Position numbers and translations under genes: made by a program. Below, in pieces: positions 48,354-58,736 of a stretch of DNA of 64,000 nt. The stretch's first letter is position 1. Each line of letters starts with the position of its first letter. Source of the stretch: a virus (taxonomy: Duplodnaviria > Caudoviricetes); the IMG/VR virus record IMGVR_UViG_3300011008_000016, positions 64,001 through 128,000 of that record; one strand, 5' to 3'. The notes beneath the pieces are model-generated. The model did not search any database. It worked only from the letters and a program-made list of their open reading frames with translations, and was not told the DNA's origin.

Positions 48354-48929
48354 TTACTTCAGCCAAGTAAAGGCATAGCCGCACAGTACTTCCTGCTTGC
48401 TGCTGAGGAGATCGGTGATAGAGAACTTTCCAGTCATATCATTTGCGATAACCAAACCGACCTTAACGGACGGCTCCTTAACAACCGGTGTAACCTTTGC
48501 CGCAAAGATGTAATCAGTACCCTTTGTAACCTGCGTTCCGAGCAGAGCAACAGGCTCGACATTAGCACCAACAAAGCCTTCCTTAGCAGTTTCGAATGCA
48601 GCCTTCACATCTTCCGGAATGTCTGTCGTTGTATTAATGGCAACGCCGCCAAGCTCTCCGCCGCCCAACACAACACGCTCGATGTTCACCAATGTGCAAT
48701 CCATACCCTTTTCATTGAAGATAATAACGACCACGTTCTTCGTGTCTTTACCGGTCGTGATAAGCTGCTCCGCCAGCACCGCATGATTCGTTCCGTTTAC
48801 CACCTGCGAACCCAGATACAGAATAGGAGTATACTCCGCCCCAATGAGCGTGTCAGCCAACTTCCCGACAGCCGTCGCAACCTTCTCTGGCATATTCTTT
48901 GAAATCTTGATGTCCCAACTTCCTAACAT
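48354..48929 (-). CDS. tandem cystatin-like domain protein
   Basis: two repeats LGSQVVNGTN / LGTQVTKGTD; GC-richer than neighbours; late motif at 48981. Confidence 0.55.
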   Translation of the reverse strand: MLGSWDIKISKNMPEKVATAVGKLADTLIGAEYTPILYLGSQVVNGTNHAVLAEQLITTGKDTKNVVVIIFNEKGMDCTLVNIERVVLGGGELGGVAINTTTDIPEDVKAAFETAKEGFVGANVEPVALLGTQVTKGTDYIFAAKVTPVVKEPSVKVGLVIANDMTGKFSITDLLSSKQEVLCGYAFTWLK

Positions 48930-49080
48930 AATTTTTATCCTCCTTTTGGATTTCATTTATTCAAGGGAACTATTTCCCTCTAAAAATATGTTATGCCTGA
49001 TTCAAAATCTAAATTTATACAAAAAATAAATCAGAAATCGGGATTGGACATTTTTCACATCCAATCCCGACACATATATA

Positions 49081-49536
49081 TTATTTGTATTCCTTATATT
49101 CAATGGAACCTTCCACCTCGGTAGCTTTGCCGTTCGTCAATGTGTGGTAAACCAGATTCCCATCCAATCGAATTGAAGTATCACCTATCGTAATAATAAG
49201 TTCGTTTTCCTTTACCTTATCCATAGAAACACTTGCAATTACCTTGTGTTCATGACTAACGATCTTATCTTTCTCTCCTTTTGGATAGTTGATGTGTTGA
49301 CCACAGTTGTGACAGTAGAACGGTTTCTTCTCGAAGTGATGTCCACATCTCGGACAAGCATATCCTTCGTAAGATTTTGGAACAATTGCTTTGATAGTAA
49401 TCTGCCGTTCGATTGCGGATTTAGCGACCTCCAATGATTCTCTTTCTTTGACAGACCCCTTAGCAGTTCCAGATTTGAGTTTGTTTAACCTTGTACGTAC
49501 AAACTCCAGCGCGTTTTCATAAATCTTCTGTTTCAT
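49081..49536 (-). CDS. zinc-ribbon protein
   Basis: CPRCG...YCHNCGQ. Confidence 0.7.
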   Translation of the reverse strand: MKQKIYENALEFVRTRLNKLKSGTAKGSVKERESLEVAKSAIERQITIKAIVPKSYEGYACPRCGHHFEKKPFYCHNCGQHINYPKGEKDKIVSHEHKVIASVSMDKVKENELIITIGDTSIRLDGNLVYHTLTNGKATEVEGSIEYKEYK

Positions 49537-49567
49537 AACGACATAAATTCCTCCTTTCGTGTCGCCT

Positions 49568-52288
49568 CTATTCCCTTATAAGTTTGTAGTCCTCTGGAGT
49601 AAAGTTTTGACTCGGGACATGAACGATGAACTTATTTTCGGACGCAGAGATGACACTATCAGTGGTTTGTAGAACATTCACATTGTACATATCAAACATA
49701 GAGTTATGGGAAATTAAGAATATCTGAGTTGCATTGATAGTCTTCATATACCTCTCTATGATATCAATATACTTAGAACGTCCATATTTATCTAATGCCG
49801 TATCCATTTCATCCAGAAGCATAATGTTATAAACTTTTGACACCAATCGAATAAGGACTAATGAAAAAGCTAATGACAGCATTGCTCGTTCACCATCCGA
49901 AGCTTCTGATATATCTCCGATAATAACTCCATTTTTCTTATATGGAATGGTGAACTCTTTATCGTCAATAATAAGTTTGTCTGGGTCTTTAATCAGAGTA
50001 ATACTCGGATAAGCAACATGCATTAATTCATTAATAGAATCGATCATCTGATTTCGAATGACATCATCTATAAATTCTACAGGAATTCCTTTTGATGGTG
50101 ATACCGCATCACGAATCATCATTGCTTCTGCATATTTATCGGTCAGAAGTTTCTTCTCTTTCTCAAGAGAATCAATTGCATCAAGAGTATTTCTTAATCG
50201 ATTTAGTTCCCTATTATTGTTATCCAACTGAAGTCGGATTGAAGAAGCTTCTGATTGTATTTTGTTAAGCTGTAAGGATAGGGAATCAAAATTCTTTTTA
50301 CACTCTTCCATTGAGTTAAGTTGCTTCTGAACTTCTTGAATTTCTTTCCTACAACCTTCTAATTCTTTTGCTAACTCAATTTCAGAAGCTAAATCTTTTG
50401 AAGATTGATTAAAGCTCTCCAATTCAGATTTATTGAATTCCAAATCCTTTTGATGATGAACAATAACTTCATCGGTTTCTTTAATTGCTTGAATAGTCCT
50501 CTCTAAATCCACTTTCATAGAATCATATAGAGAGATAGTTGTTTCAAGACCGGCTAATTGATCTTTAGTTGTTTTTTGTAAAGTGAGTAATTGTACTTTA
50601 CGAACTGCTTGTTCCAAATAGGATATCATGGATGACATTAATTCTGTATTGTAAATCTGTCTATCCATTTTCAAATATTCCAACACGAATGTTTCTGGAT
50701 CAAAAATATCCTTCGGAACAAGTTTAAAGTATTCATCGTGTTTATGAAGATATTTATAGAGTTTTTCTAATGAATAATAGATTACTCTATTATCTTCTGC
50801 AACTGCAAGTTTGTCTCGTTCCACATTGAATATCTTATCAGCCTTCTTCTTATCTGCGGACATGATTTCTACACTATTCTTATAGAACTTATAATAAGGA
50901 CACATGTCATACGTAGTACAAACATACGGGTCCTTTGAAGAAATCTTTGGAATCTTAATAGAACCAGAAATTCGGTTGGTTGCCTCCATTGTTTCAATTT
51001 TTTCCAATATAGCTTGATAAGCAACATCTAATTCAATTCCAAAATGTTTATTCTGTAAGAACTTCTTCAGGATTCCCTCAATAAGACTTTGGTCTCGTAC
51101 CTCAGTAATTAAATCGGTACATAGACCTCTAAGTTCATCCAAATAAATACTTGCAGTAACAAGGTTTTCTTTCTTTTTAGTGTAATCAACCCCATCTTCT
51201 ACGTCAATGTCAGACAGTCCGACCAATTCAGCTTCAATACTGGCAAGCAATTTCTCAAGTTCTATTTTGTTTGTACTATTCTCCATTCTATGAATGGAGT
51301 CTTCCAAACTATTCTTTGAACTGAGTTTAACTTCTTTGAAATCCAGTTCTGATTTAATCGTAGACTCTAATGAATCTATCCTTAGTTGAGTAGAAATAAT
51401 GTTCTTTGTAATATCATTTTGTTCGTTTTCCAATACGGCAACGTCTTGTGAGGTTTTTCTCTTTGCTTTCAGTTTTTCTACTTGAGTGAGTAATTCTGTT
51501 ATTTTACCTTCGCATAATTCATATTGTTCATAAGCCTCCTTGTTAATATCCAAATTGGCTTTTACGGAACCTTCATTTCGTAAAACATTAGCTAAATTAT
51601 CATCTAACTCAGCAATAATATGCTCAATCTGATGAATTTGATTTACAATATCATTTTTGTCATAGGAACCGTATCTATCTAACTTATCTACAACATTCGT
51701 TAAGACAGATTTTAAATCCCTAACAACTACCGTTGCATTCTTGTAATAGGTCATATAAATATTGAGTTCAGAGAATATCTTTACAGCAAGTTTCTTTCGT
51801 TCACCCGATGTATATTCCACCATACTTTTGACACTATTACCGAGAGCCAATAATGTAAGGAATGATTCATCAATGTAGAAATATTGCTGAACCAATTCCT
51901 TAAATGTCGTTACTAATCCGCTTGGATTCAGTTCTTCCCCATTTACAGAGAAAAAGCTTTTTGTTTGTATAGAATCATCCTGTTTCCGTTGGTATATATG
52001 CATACATTTAATGATAAGATCATCCATTCTATACCGGATAATCTTTCGACCATCTCGTTTTGCAATGATTAAATCTCCATTCGCTGATTCATCGCCAGTT
52101 GCTGAATTGAATGCAAATGGATGAATACACTTCAATATGGATGACTTCCCGGAGCCACTATCTCCTACAAGTAAATAGGTTTGATGTGGCATCTCGGAAA
52201 AATCCAAATAAAGTTTATCAATATGCATCCCAGTATGAATCTTAGCGAAATTTTCAAGATATAAATCTAAAACTTCAAATTCTTGCAT
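49568..52288 (-). CDS. sbcC: SbcC/Rad50-like SMC ATPase
   Basis: GDSGSGKS, long coiled coils, ASDGE signature, LLDEMD, ISH. Confidence 0.9.
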   Translation of the reverse strand: MQEFEVLDLYLENFAKIHTGMHIDKLYLDFSEMPHQTYLLVGDSGSGKSSILKCIHPFAFNSATGDESANGDLIIAKRDGRKIIRYRMDDLIIKCMHIYQRKQDDSIQTKSFFSVNGEELNPSGLVTTFKELVQQYFYIDESFLTLLALGNSVKSMVEYTSGERKKLAVKIFSELNIYMTYYKNATVVVRDLKSVLTNVVDKLDRYGSYDKNDIVNQIHQIEHIIAELDDNLANVLRNEGSVKANLDINKEAYEQYELCEGKITELLTQVEKLKAKRKTSQDVAVLENEQNDITKNIISTQLRIDSLESTIKSELDFKEVKLSSKNSLEDSIHRMENSTNKIELEKLLASIEAELVGLSDIDVEDGVDYTKKKENLVTASIYLDELRGLCTDLITEVRDQSLIEGILKKFLQNKHFGIELDVAYQAILEKIETMEATNRISGSIKIPKISSKDPYVCTTYDMCPYYKFYKNSVEIMSADKKKADKIFNVERDKLAVAEDNRVIYYSLEKLYKYLHKHDEYFKLVPKDIFDPETFVLEYLKMDRQIYNTELMSSMISYLEQAVRKVQLLTLQKTTKDQLAGLETTISLYDSMKVDLERTIQAIKETDEVIVHHQKDLEFNKSELESFNQSSKDLASEIELAKELEGCRKEIQEVQKQLNSMEECKKNFDSLSLQLNKIQSEASSIRLQLDNNNRELNRLRNTLDAIDSLEKEKKLLTDKYAEAMMIRDAVSPSKGIPVEFIDDVIRNQMIDSINELMHVAYPSITLIKDPDKLIIDDKEFTIPYKKNGVIIGDISEASDGERAMLSLAFSLVLIRLVSKVYNIMLLDEMDTALDKYGRSKYIDIIERYMKTINATQIFLISHNSMFDMYNVNVLQTTDSVISASENKFIVHVPSQNFTPEDYKLIRE

Positions 52289-52289
52289 G

Positions 52290-52568
52290 TTATAAATCCT
52301 CTCTAACTGGTATCATTTGATAATTTTTAAACTTCTCTTTGCGACGATAATATGGGTTTGTGATGATGTCTTTTAATTCGCCAGAGACATAATCAAATAC
52401 CCATTCGTTTTTCGTCATTTGTCCATAGACACCTGAGTTTGTTCCATTCCATCGGTTAAGATGTACCGAGAGAAATTTTTCTCCAGTCTCGATACATTCA
52501 AACGCTGATAGTTCATATTGAATGTGAAATTTCTTTAGAAATTCTACAAAGTCCTTTAAACAATCCAC
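52290..52568 (-). CDS. hypothetical protein
   Basis: 92 aa, GGAGGT RBS. Confidence 0.65.
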   Translation of the reverse strand: MDCLKDFVEFLKKFHIQYELSAFECIETGEKFLSVHLNRWNGTNSGVYGQMTKNEWVFDYVSGELKDIITNPYYRRKEKFKNYQMIPVREDL

Positions 52569-52583
52569 CTTGTATCATACCTC

Positions 52584-52772
52584 CTAGTATATAATATCGT
52601 TAATACCGAGTTTTTCGGTTAGTTCAAATAAAGTATTTGATACAGACAAATCTTCAGCAAAGGTATTAGTTCTAATTCCTTCAGCCATTTCGTCTGCCAT
52701 TTTAAATATAGTCTTCAGAAGATTAAGTTCTGCTTCAGTAAACTCATCTTCTGTAAATGGTTTTCTATTCAT
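52584..52772 (-). CDS. small hypothetical protein
   Basis: ATG 52772 after AAGGGAG. Confidence 0.6.
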   Translation of the reverse strand: MNRKPFTEDEFTEAELNLLKTIFKMADEMAEGIRTNTFAEDLSVSNTLFELTEKLGINDIIY

Positions 52773-52853
52773 AATCGTCTCCCTTTCCAAATATAAAAAA
52801 GTAAGGTGACAAAGAATGTCACCTTACTTCTAAGTTTGTCTCTTCACAAGATG

Positions 52854-53456
52854 TCACTGTACATGAACCGATACTTTCGTTGGGTTTTTAGCATCCGATG
52901 TATCTTTTGCTCCATAGTGGTAGTTTACATCATCCGAAAACATTTGAGATTTTGCACTATACTGCCGCCGATTCATTCCAAGGACAAAATTTCTAACCTG
53001 TTCAATGTTATCCGCAAAAACTCGCATTACTGTTAAAGCATCTTTTACATTTCGTCTTTTACTGAGTAAATCCCTTTGCATATCGAACAACTCAACTTTT
53101 TGTTCTGTTGTGAACTGTTGTCCTGATAAGCTTGGAGTCATTCTGTGAGAAATGTCCGATAGTTGATCTTCTAACTCTCGAAATTGAGCATTTGTCTCTG
53201 CAATCTTTTCATTCATAATAAGACAAATTGTGTCCAGAAACGAAATGCTAAAGTCAAGCTTATAGTCCGCAAAACTTGCAATGCCATCTAACGAGGTTGT
53301 ATCGAAATATTTATCCAAAATCTTTTGTAATGCGGTCACTTCTGTATCAGTTGCGTTTAATCCAAATAACGAATGACCTTCTGCATATTCTCTACCATCT
53401 ACGAGACTTACATGATACCCGAAATCCTTATCGGATTTGAATACTGTCTCATTCAC
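52854..53456 (-). CDS. hypothetical coiled-coil protein
   Basis: 200 aa, AAAGGAGG RBS. Confidence 0.75.
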   Translation of the reverse strand: MNETVFKSDKDFGYHVSLVDGREYAEGHSLFGLNATDTEVTALQKILDKYFDTTSLDGIASFADYKLDFSISFLDTICLIMNEKIAETNAQFRELEDQLSDISHRMTPSLSGQQFTTEQKVELFDMQRDLLSKRRNVKDALTVMRVFADNIEQVRNFVLGMNRRQYSAKSQMFSDDVNYHYGAKDTSDAKNPTKVSVHVQ

Positions 53457-53468
53457 TTTATTCCTCCT

Positions 53469-54491
53469 TTAATCCAACGTTCTATCGTTGGTTGTCATAT
53501 TAAGTCCAGTCATCTTATACCAAACCCCGTCTTCCCGACTGATAACTTTAAATGTATATTCCAAATCGATGATCTCACACCAATTAATGAAATACGGTAA
53601 CGTCATCTTCTGTTTACTTTTCAATGCTGATTTCATGTTGTTAATAAGATGCTGGGTTGGACTTTTCTTTCGATAATCCTTTAAGTCGATAAGCTTCTGC
53701 CAAAGTGCTAACTTTATACCACGTTTTAACGGGTCTTCGCCTTTCACACAAGGTACTGTAAAACACTCCTTTGTCTCATCCGGTATATCTTCCCAAGGAT
53801 ACTCTTCTTTGTTATTAAGAACAATAACACTTCCCATAGGATTTGGTACATCAACATCAATATTGTCGATTGTAATTTCCCAATCCAAATCGAAACTATT
53901 ACACCATGATAAGAATTTTAGGATTGACATATTCTTCGTTGCACCATTTAATGCACTTTTAATATTGTCAAGCCCATGCTTCTTATCGAATGAACCTCGA
54001 TACTCATTAAGTACTGGCTTCATATGACGAAGCATAAGTTTAATGATTCTCTCCAAAGGATCGTCTGTTGGTTCTAAGTCCGGCATATAGATTTCTCCGA
54101 TTGGAGTTATCTTAATATTACCTGACCGAATGATGTTGTTATTCTTCTTATAGTTTTCGGCATATAACATTGCCATTTCTTCAAATGTTTTACTGTCGTT
54201 TATTCTCTCTTCATATTCTTCTCTCGACAATATAAACTTCTTATGATACTGGTCTGCAATGTCTTCTGTATGTGGTTCTACCATATATTTATCACCTATC
54301 TGTACGATAAAACCAGGCTTGACATCACTAAGAGAACCATGTGGTATCACACGATAAATTGCATCCCCGATTAGATAAACGTGCTTATCATCTAATCGGA
54401 ATGGTCTTACTGTTGATTCATCAAGTTCCACCACGGGAAGCACTGAGTCTTCCCATGGATCACAGAAAATAGGGTCTTTCGTAAGTAACAT
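53469..54491 (-). CDS. protein with two tandem HTH-like repeats
   Basis: DPL.R.IKL.L...N+KSAL....M++..F+.WC...DL occurs twice. Confidence 0.6.
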   Translation of the reverse strand: MLLTKDPIFCDPWEDSVLPVVELDESTVRPFRLDDKHVYLIGDAIYRVIPHGSLSDVKPGFIVQIGDKYMVEPHTEDIADQYHKKFILSREEYEERINDSKTFEEMAMLYAENYKKNNNIIRSGNIKITPIGEIYMPDLEPTDDPLERIIKLMLRHMKPVLNEYRGSFDKKHGLDNIKSALNGATKNMSILKFLSWCNSFDLDWEITIDNIDVDVPNPMGSVIVLNNKEEYPWEDIPDETKECFTVPCVKGEDPLKRGIKLALWQKLIDLKDYRKKSPTQHLINNMKSALKSKQKMTLPYFINWCEIIDLEYTFKVISREDGVWYKMTGLNMTTNDRTLD

Positions 54492-54823
54492 TACTTATCA
54501 CCTTCCTGTTTAAGTGCCTTTTTATCATTAGGCATATCCCTTTGTTTCTTAATCGCCTCTTCTAATTTCTTCGGGTCATTGAATACTTCTGCAATCTTGA
54601 GCAGATTCTCATACGTATTTACCATTGTATTCATATGGTTGATGATTAATGGATTCTTTTCAACTTCTGGTAAATTATGATACTCTGCCCAGACCGCTGT
54701 TAAAGCTGCCATTTCTTTGTTGATGAGTCCTACATAATCCTTCACCATATCCCCAGATATAGGAGGGATAGCCATTGTTTCTTTGAAAAGCTCTTCTAAA
54801 TCTTTCTCTTTGTTGTATTCCAT
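54491..54823 (-). CDS. hypothetical protein
   Basis: 110 aa, GGGAGGT RBS. Confidence 0.7.
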   Translation of the reverse strand: MEYNKEKDLEELFKETMAIPPISGDMVKDYVGLINKEMAALTAVWAEYHNLPEVEKNPLIINHMNTMVNTYENLLKIAEVFNDPKKLEEAIKKQRDMPNDKKALKQEGDK

Positions 54824-54854
54824 TGTATTTATACCTCCCGTTTTTTATTGTAAT

Positions 54855-55097
54855 TTACGTTTGATTGCTGGCTATAAACGTAGCCAACAATGTAAGCTGA
54901 TATTCATATAACTTGAAATTAGATTTTGCAAGCATAATTTTAAGTAACTGCTTAATTGCATCAATATTGTTACTGTCTGCATCTTGAACCATCTTTTGAA
55001 ATTCTTCAGGTGTGGGTTTTGGGACTTCATTAAAGTTCACCATAGGTAGTGTAGTCATTCGTATTTTACCTGTCACTCCTTTCTTATAAGTCATCAA
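54855..55097 (-). CDS. small hypothetical protein (start uncertain)
   Basis: ORF within a same-strand operon. Confidence 0.5.
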   Translation of the reverse strand: MMTYKKGVTGKIRMTTLPMVNFNEVPKPTPEEFQKMVQDADSNNIDAIKQLLKIMLAKSNFKLYEYQLTLLATFIASNQT

Positions 55098-55824
55098 GTG
55101 TTTCTGGTTTCTTTTGTTCTGGTGGCGGAGTCTTTACAAATTCTTTTTCCAATGCATTTCCAAAGAGACTCCTACCTTGACCATACTTATTCTTTGTTTC
55201 TGGTGGTTTTTGTTTCTCTATTTCATTTAATGTAGTTTCCACCGACATTTTCTTCATTCCAATATAACACTGTAATACCGATAATCCTAATTGATAAACG
55301 TCAATATGTTCAAATAAATCCATCATACCTTCAAATTCATCAATAGATAAATCTGCTTGGTTCTCTTCTCGATTGATAGTGACATTTACCCCTGGGTATG
55401 AAACGTTGTGTCTGTCTGTTGTAATTGTTGGGATGAACCTTAATAGTTGACCCATTCCAAGAGGAATTACAACCGCATCCCGGTCATCTGTTACTATTTC
55501 TGAGATTTTCCCTTGGGCATCATATCGGTATAAATCATCTCTTTGAAAGTTTCGATAGAATTTACGAAACCCTAATCGAAGTTGATAAATATTCTTCTGA
55601 GTAATAATAACCTGATGATGTTTATCCCAAGGGGTATCTTTTGGTGTATAACGTATCACTACATGTGAATGAGGGTTAATTTTATAGAAATCCCCCCGTT
55701 CATTTGAATACTTACTAAACGCATAGTTGCCATTATTGTCAACTACCGTTACCGTAAGTAATACTGATAACAATGGGTCCCTGTATGGGATGGGACCATA
55801 TAGTTGACTGCTAATGGTCTGCAC
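55084..55824 (-). CDS. hypothetical protein
   Basis: 246 aa, GTG start after GAAAGGA. Confidence 0.75.
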   Translation of the reverse strand: MQTISSQLYGPIPYRDPLLSVLLTVTVVDNNGNYAFSKYSNERGDFYKINPHSHVVIRYTPKDTPWDKHHQVIITQKNIYQLRLGFRKFYRNFQRDDLYRYDAQGKISEIVTDDRDAVVIPLGMGQLLRFIPTITTDRHNVSYPGVNVTINREENQADLSIDEFEGMMDLFEHIDVYQLGLSVLQCYIGMKKMSVETTLNEIEKQKPPETKNKYGQGRSLFGNALEKEFVKTPPPEQKKPETLDDL

Positions 55825-55842
55825 AGCTCTATCCTTTCTAAA

Positions 55843-56121
55843 TCACGATTCCCCTTTACCATAGAGCTCTATTAACTCTTCTGGTATATCGACTTCTTTC
55901 AGCATATCCAGTAACTGAATGTTTTCTTCAGGACTTATAGTATCGGTTATCAGATTGAGATTCTCTTCTGAAAATAATGAATCAACCGGAATCTTGATAG
56001 TTTCTCCCGTCTGAAGCTTCATCACAAACAAATGTCTATTATCATCCTTTGTAAATGTAAAGGATGAAGGATTCTTCCCTTTTGTTGCTTTGAGTACATT
56101 TTCTAAACCATTAAAAATCAT
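55843..56121 (-). CDS. hypothetical protein
   Basis: 92 aa, AAAGGAG RBS. Confidence 0.7.
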   Translation of the reverse strand: MIFNGLENVLKATKGKNPSSFTFTKDDNRHLFVMKLQTGETIKIPVDSLFSEENLNLITDTISPEENIQLLDMLKEVDIPEELIELYGKGES

Positions 56122-56146
56122 TATAGTTCTCCTTTCTTAAATTTAT

Positions 56147-56458
56147 CTAAGCCATTGATGTTGTTTCCTCTTGTTTCTCCATTTCTGTATAAATATCCAC
56201 CAACCTTTCAGGATGTTCTGCATTATATCGCATGATTTCATCTAACATAACCTGGAGGTCATGTGGTAATGGTTGATATTCAGTTTCATCAAAGTTGTCC
56301 ATTAGATTAGATAATGAGATTTCAGCGGTTGAGTTGTCTATAAATGTTATGAGAACATATCGACCATCCTCTTTATCCAAAATATTAAGCTTATTAATGA
56401 TACGGTCGGTCGGTGATATATCTATGCCACAGATGTTTATGCTGCTCACCCCTTTCAT
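56147..56458 (-). CDS. hypothetical protein (start uncertain)
   Basis: the 5' part of the track ORF overlaps the RNAP gene; ATG 56458 is more plausible. Confidence 0.55.
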   Translation of the reverse strand: MKGVSSINICGIDISPTDRIINKLNILDKEDGRYVLITFIDNSTAEISLSNLMDNFDETEYQPLPHDLQVMLDEIMRYNAEHPERLVDIYTEMEKQEETTSMA

Positions 56459-56519
56459 TAAAATAATCCCAAGCCAAATTATTTCTTGGCTTGGGATATA
56501 TATCTCTTTAATATTGTAT

Positions 56520-58169
56520 TCAATCCGCCTCTTCTTTATTAAGAGGTTTGATTGATATATTGTCAATGAATTCCAATGCGTTGTTAAACTTAACTGGATC
56601 AATGGTAATTGCATCATCGTTTTGGTCTGCTGTGATAACTCCAAGAGTTACCATCAGATTGAAGAATGCATCTTCTGGTTCTGGCGGTGCGCCCTTAAAG
56701 AATAATCCGTCCGTTTCACAAAGCGGATTAATATAATTCGTAATACCAGGATCAGATGCGCTACAAGTATCCAGTCCCAAAATACCAATATGACTTGGAT
56801 GTAATGCTCTCTGCCGTGCTGCAATATTCCTTGAATTCTTATTCCCCAGAGAGTTTGGTCCTTTCATTGTGACCTTAAACTTCTGGAAGAAATTCATGTC
56901 GTTGACAAGGTCATCATACTTCATAAGACCAGATGTATGAATCTTAGAAATGACCTCATTTCCTTTGAAACTAAAGAAGTTCCGATATTTTGTAATCAGA
57001 GCTTCCTTTGTAATCACCGTCGTATTGACAAACTTCTTGATATGCTCAGAAATAATCAGATTCACAGAAAATCCGATATATTGATTGCACCGAAGCCTTT
57101 TATAGAGGATATCCAGATTATCTTTAGCCCTTAATGTATCATAATTCTGACATATCCAACGGATAATGTTATAAATCGTATCCTTGTTATGTGTAGTTGT
57201 TCGCAATGTTTCCCGTGATGATTTATCCTGCATCCTTGCAAACAACGTCTGATATCTTCTGCCTAGTTCATAATGGGCTTCTTTCTTTGCCGTTTTCTTT
57301 GTCGCACCAATCCGAGTAATCCAAGAGTCTTTATCCTCTAATTCCTCATACATTGTTCTTGGGAGGATTATCTCTGCAATCGTCCCAACAATGTTTCGGA
57401 CATACTCAGATGCAAAGAATGCATTCTTGTCAATCTCAATCAGAATACTTTTATTCGCCTCGATATAAATCGCATCTGGACGTTTTCCAAATTCATCCAA
57501 ATCTTTTACCGAGATGATCGAAATGAACTGACCGACATTGAAATATTCAATTGTATCTCGAACACCCATCTTTGCAAAATAATACAGAAAGATATTTACA
57601 AATTCGTCCATCATATATGCATGAAATGCATGGACGTTGTGATACTCACTGTCAATTGTTCGAATTTCAATCGGGACTTTCTTGACCCTTATTGGCATAA
57701 GAGATTTCATAACCAAGTTACTACTTGTAACATAAGTTGATGTCTCTGTCAACTGATATTGGGGTGTATAACTAACACCTTTCAACAATAATTTTCCATG
57801 TTCATCTGGAATTGGAATCAATTCCTTAACTGTAAAGTCCAACTCTACTGGACTACCTTCGAATTCATCACTGACATGGAATTTCATGATTAATTCCCCA
57901 ACCCGACTCTGTTCAACATGAACAAACTTTTGTTTCTTGTCTGCTTGTTTCTTTGAACGAGTCCGTTCATAGGAACTCATCTCCATCTTATCCACATCAA
58001 TGATGAACTTACTCCCGACAAAGGAGATTGTATCAAGTACATCGTGAATACATGAAAAACAATCGACGACATAATCTTCGATTGGTTTCTCAAACTCACG
58101 ATTCATAAGTCTCTGATTAATCCGACTTTCGTCTGGATTTTTATAGTGCTCATAAATCCTATGAATCAT
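56520..58169 (-). CDS. split RNA polymerase beta subunit, N-terminal part (phiKZ/AR9-like)
   Basis: IPIPDEHG...KG....YQL and KGPNSLG...QRALHPSHIG.L....CSASDPG, matching the RpoB VRDVHPSHYGR region. Confidence 0.8.
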   Translation of the reverse strand: MIHRIYEHYKNPDESRINQRLMNREFEKPIEDYVVDCFSCIHDVLDTISFVGSKFIIDVDKMEMSSYERTRSKKQADKKQKFVHVEQSRVGELIMKFHVSDEFEGSPVELDFTVKELIPIPDEHGKLLLKGVSYTPQYQLTETSTYVTSSNLVMKSLMPIRVKKVPIEIRTIDSEYHNVHAFHAYMMDEFVNIFLYYFAKMGVRDTIEYFNVGQFISIISVKDLDEFGKRPDAIYIEANKSILIEIDKNAFFASEYVRNIVGTIAEIILPRTMYEELEDKDSWITRIGATKKTAKKEAHYELGRRYQTLFARMQDKSSRETLRTTTHNKDTIYNIIRWICQNYDTLRAKDNLDILYKRLRCNQYIGFSVNLIISEHIKKFVNTTVITKEALITKYRNFFSFKGNEVISKIHTSGLMKYDDLVNDMNFFQKFKVTMKGPNSLGNKNSRNIAARQRALHPSHIGILGLDTCSASDPGITNYINPLCETDGLFFKGAPPEPEDAFFNLMVTLGVITADQNDDAITIDPVKFNNALEFIDNISIKPLNKEEAD

Positions 58170-58208
58170 GATTACTTACTCCCTTCGTTATTTATAGTTA
58201 CATAATAT

Positions 58209-58736
58209 CTATTTGTTATTTGTATCCGGAATTTCGGTCATAATAACATGATGAGTTGTTGTTTCACTCTCAGCATTATCATCAACCGGATTATGCGTAT
58301 TGACTATTGTGAATTTATGCCCATTGAGATTAACGATATCTCCTGTTTCAAGACCAATCTTGTTTACCCAGTCCTCAGATTCCTTTACGATATCCTTTAT
58401 ATCATTCCAAGAAAATTCTTTTCTCTCTCGTCCGTGTACTTCTTCAAATGTATGGGTTGGCTCATTGTATTCATCAACATTCTTGATTTCATCTTTACTA
58501 AAAGCCCAAGTGATTCCATAATCCTTATAATAATACATGTTACAATCAGGACCCGGAAAACCCCATACGTAAACAAGTCCTATGCTTGACATCCGTAAAG
58601 AATTGTCCCTTATGAAAATGATTTCATCCCGCTTTTTATCGCCATTAACATTGATGAATGGATGCCCATGCATATAGCCGTAGATTCCATTTACATCATC
58701 AGATAGGAATTTTTCTCTAATTTCATCTGTTGTCAT
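58209..58736 (-). CDS. hypothetical protein
   Basis: 175 aa, GAGGAGG RBS. Confidence 0.7.
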   Translation of the reverse strand: MTTDEIREKFLSDDVNGIYGYMHGHPFINVNGDKKRDEIIFIRDNSLRMSSIGLVYVWGFPGPDCNMYYYKDYGITWAFSKDEIKNVDEYNEPTHTFEEVHGRERKEFSWNDIKDIVKESEDWVNKIGLETGDIVNLNGHKFTIVNTHNPVDDNAESETTTHHVIMTEIPDTNNK

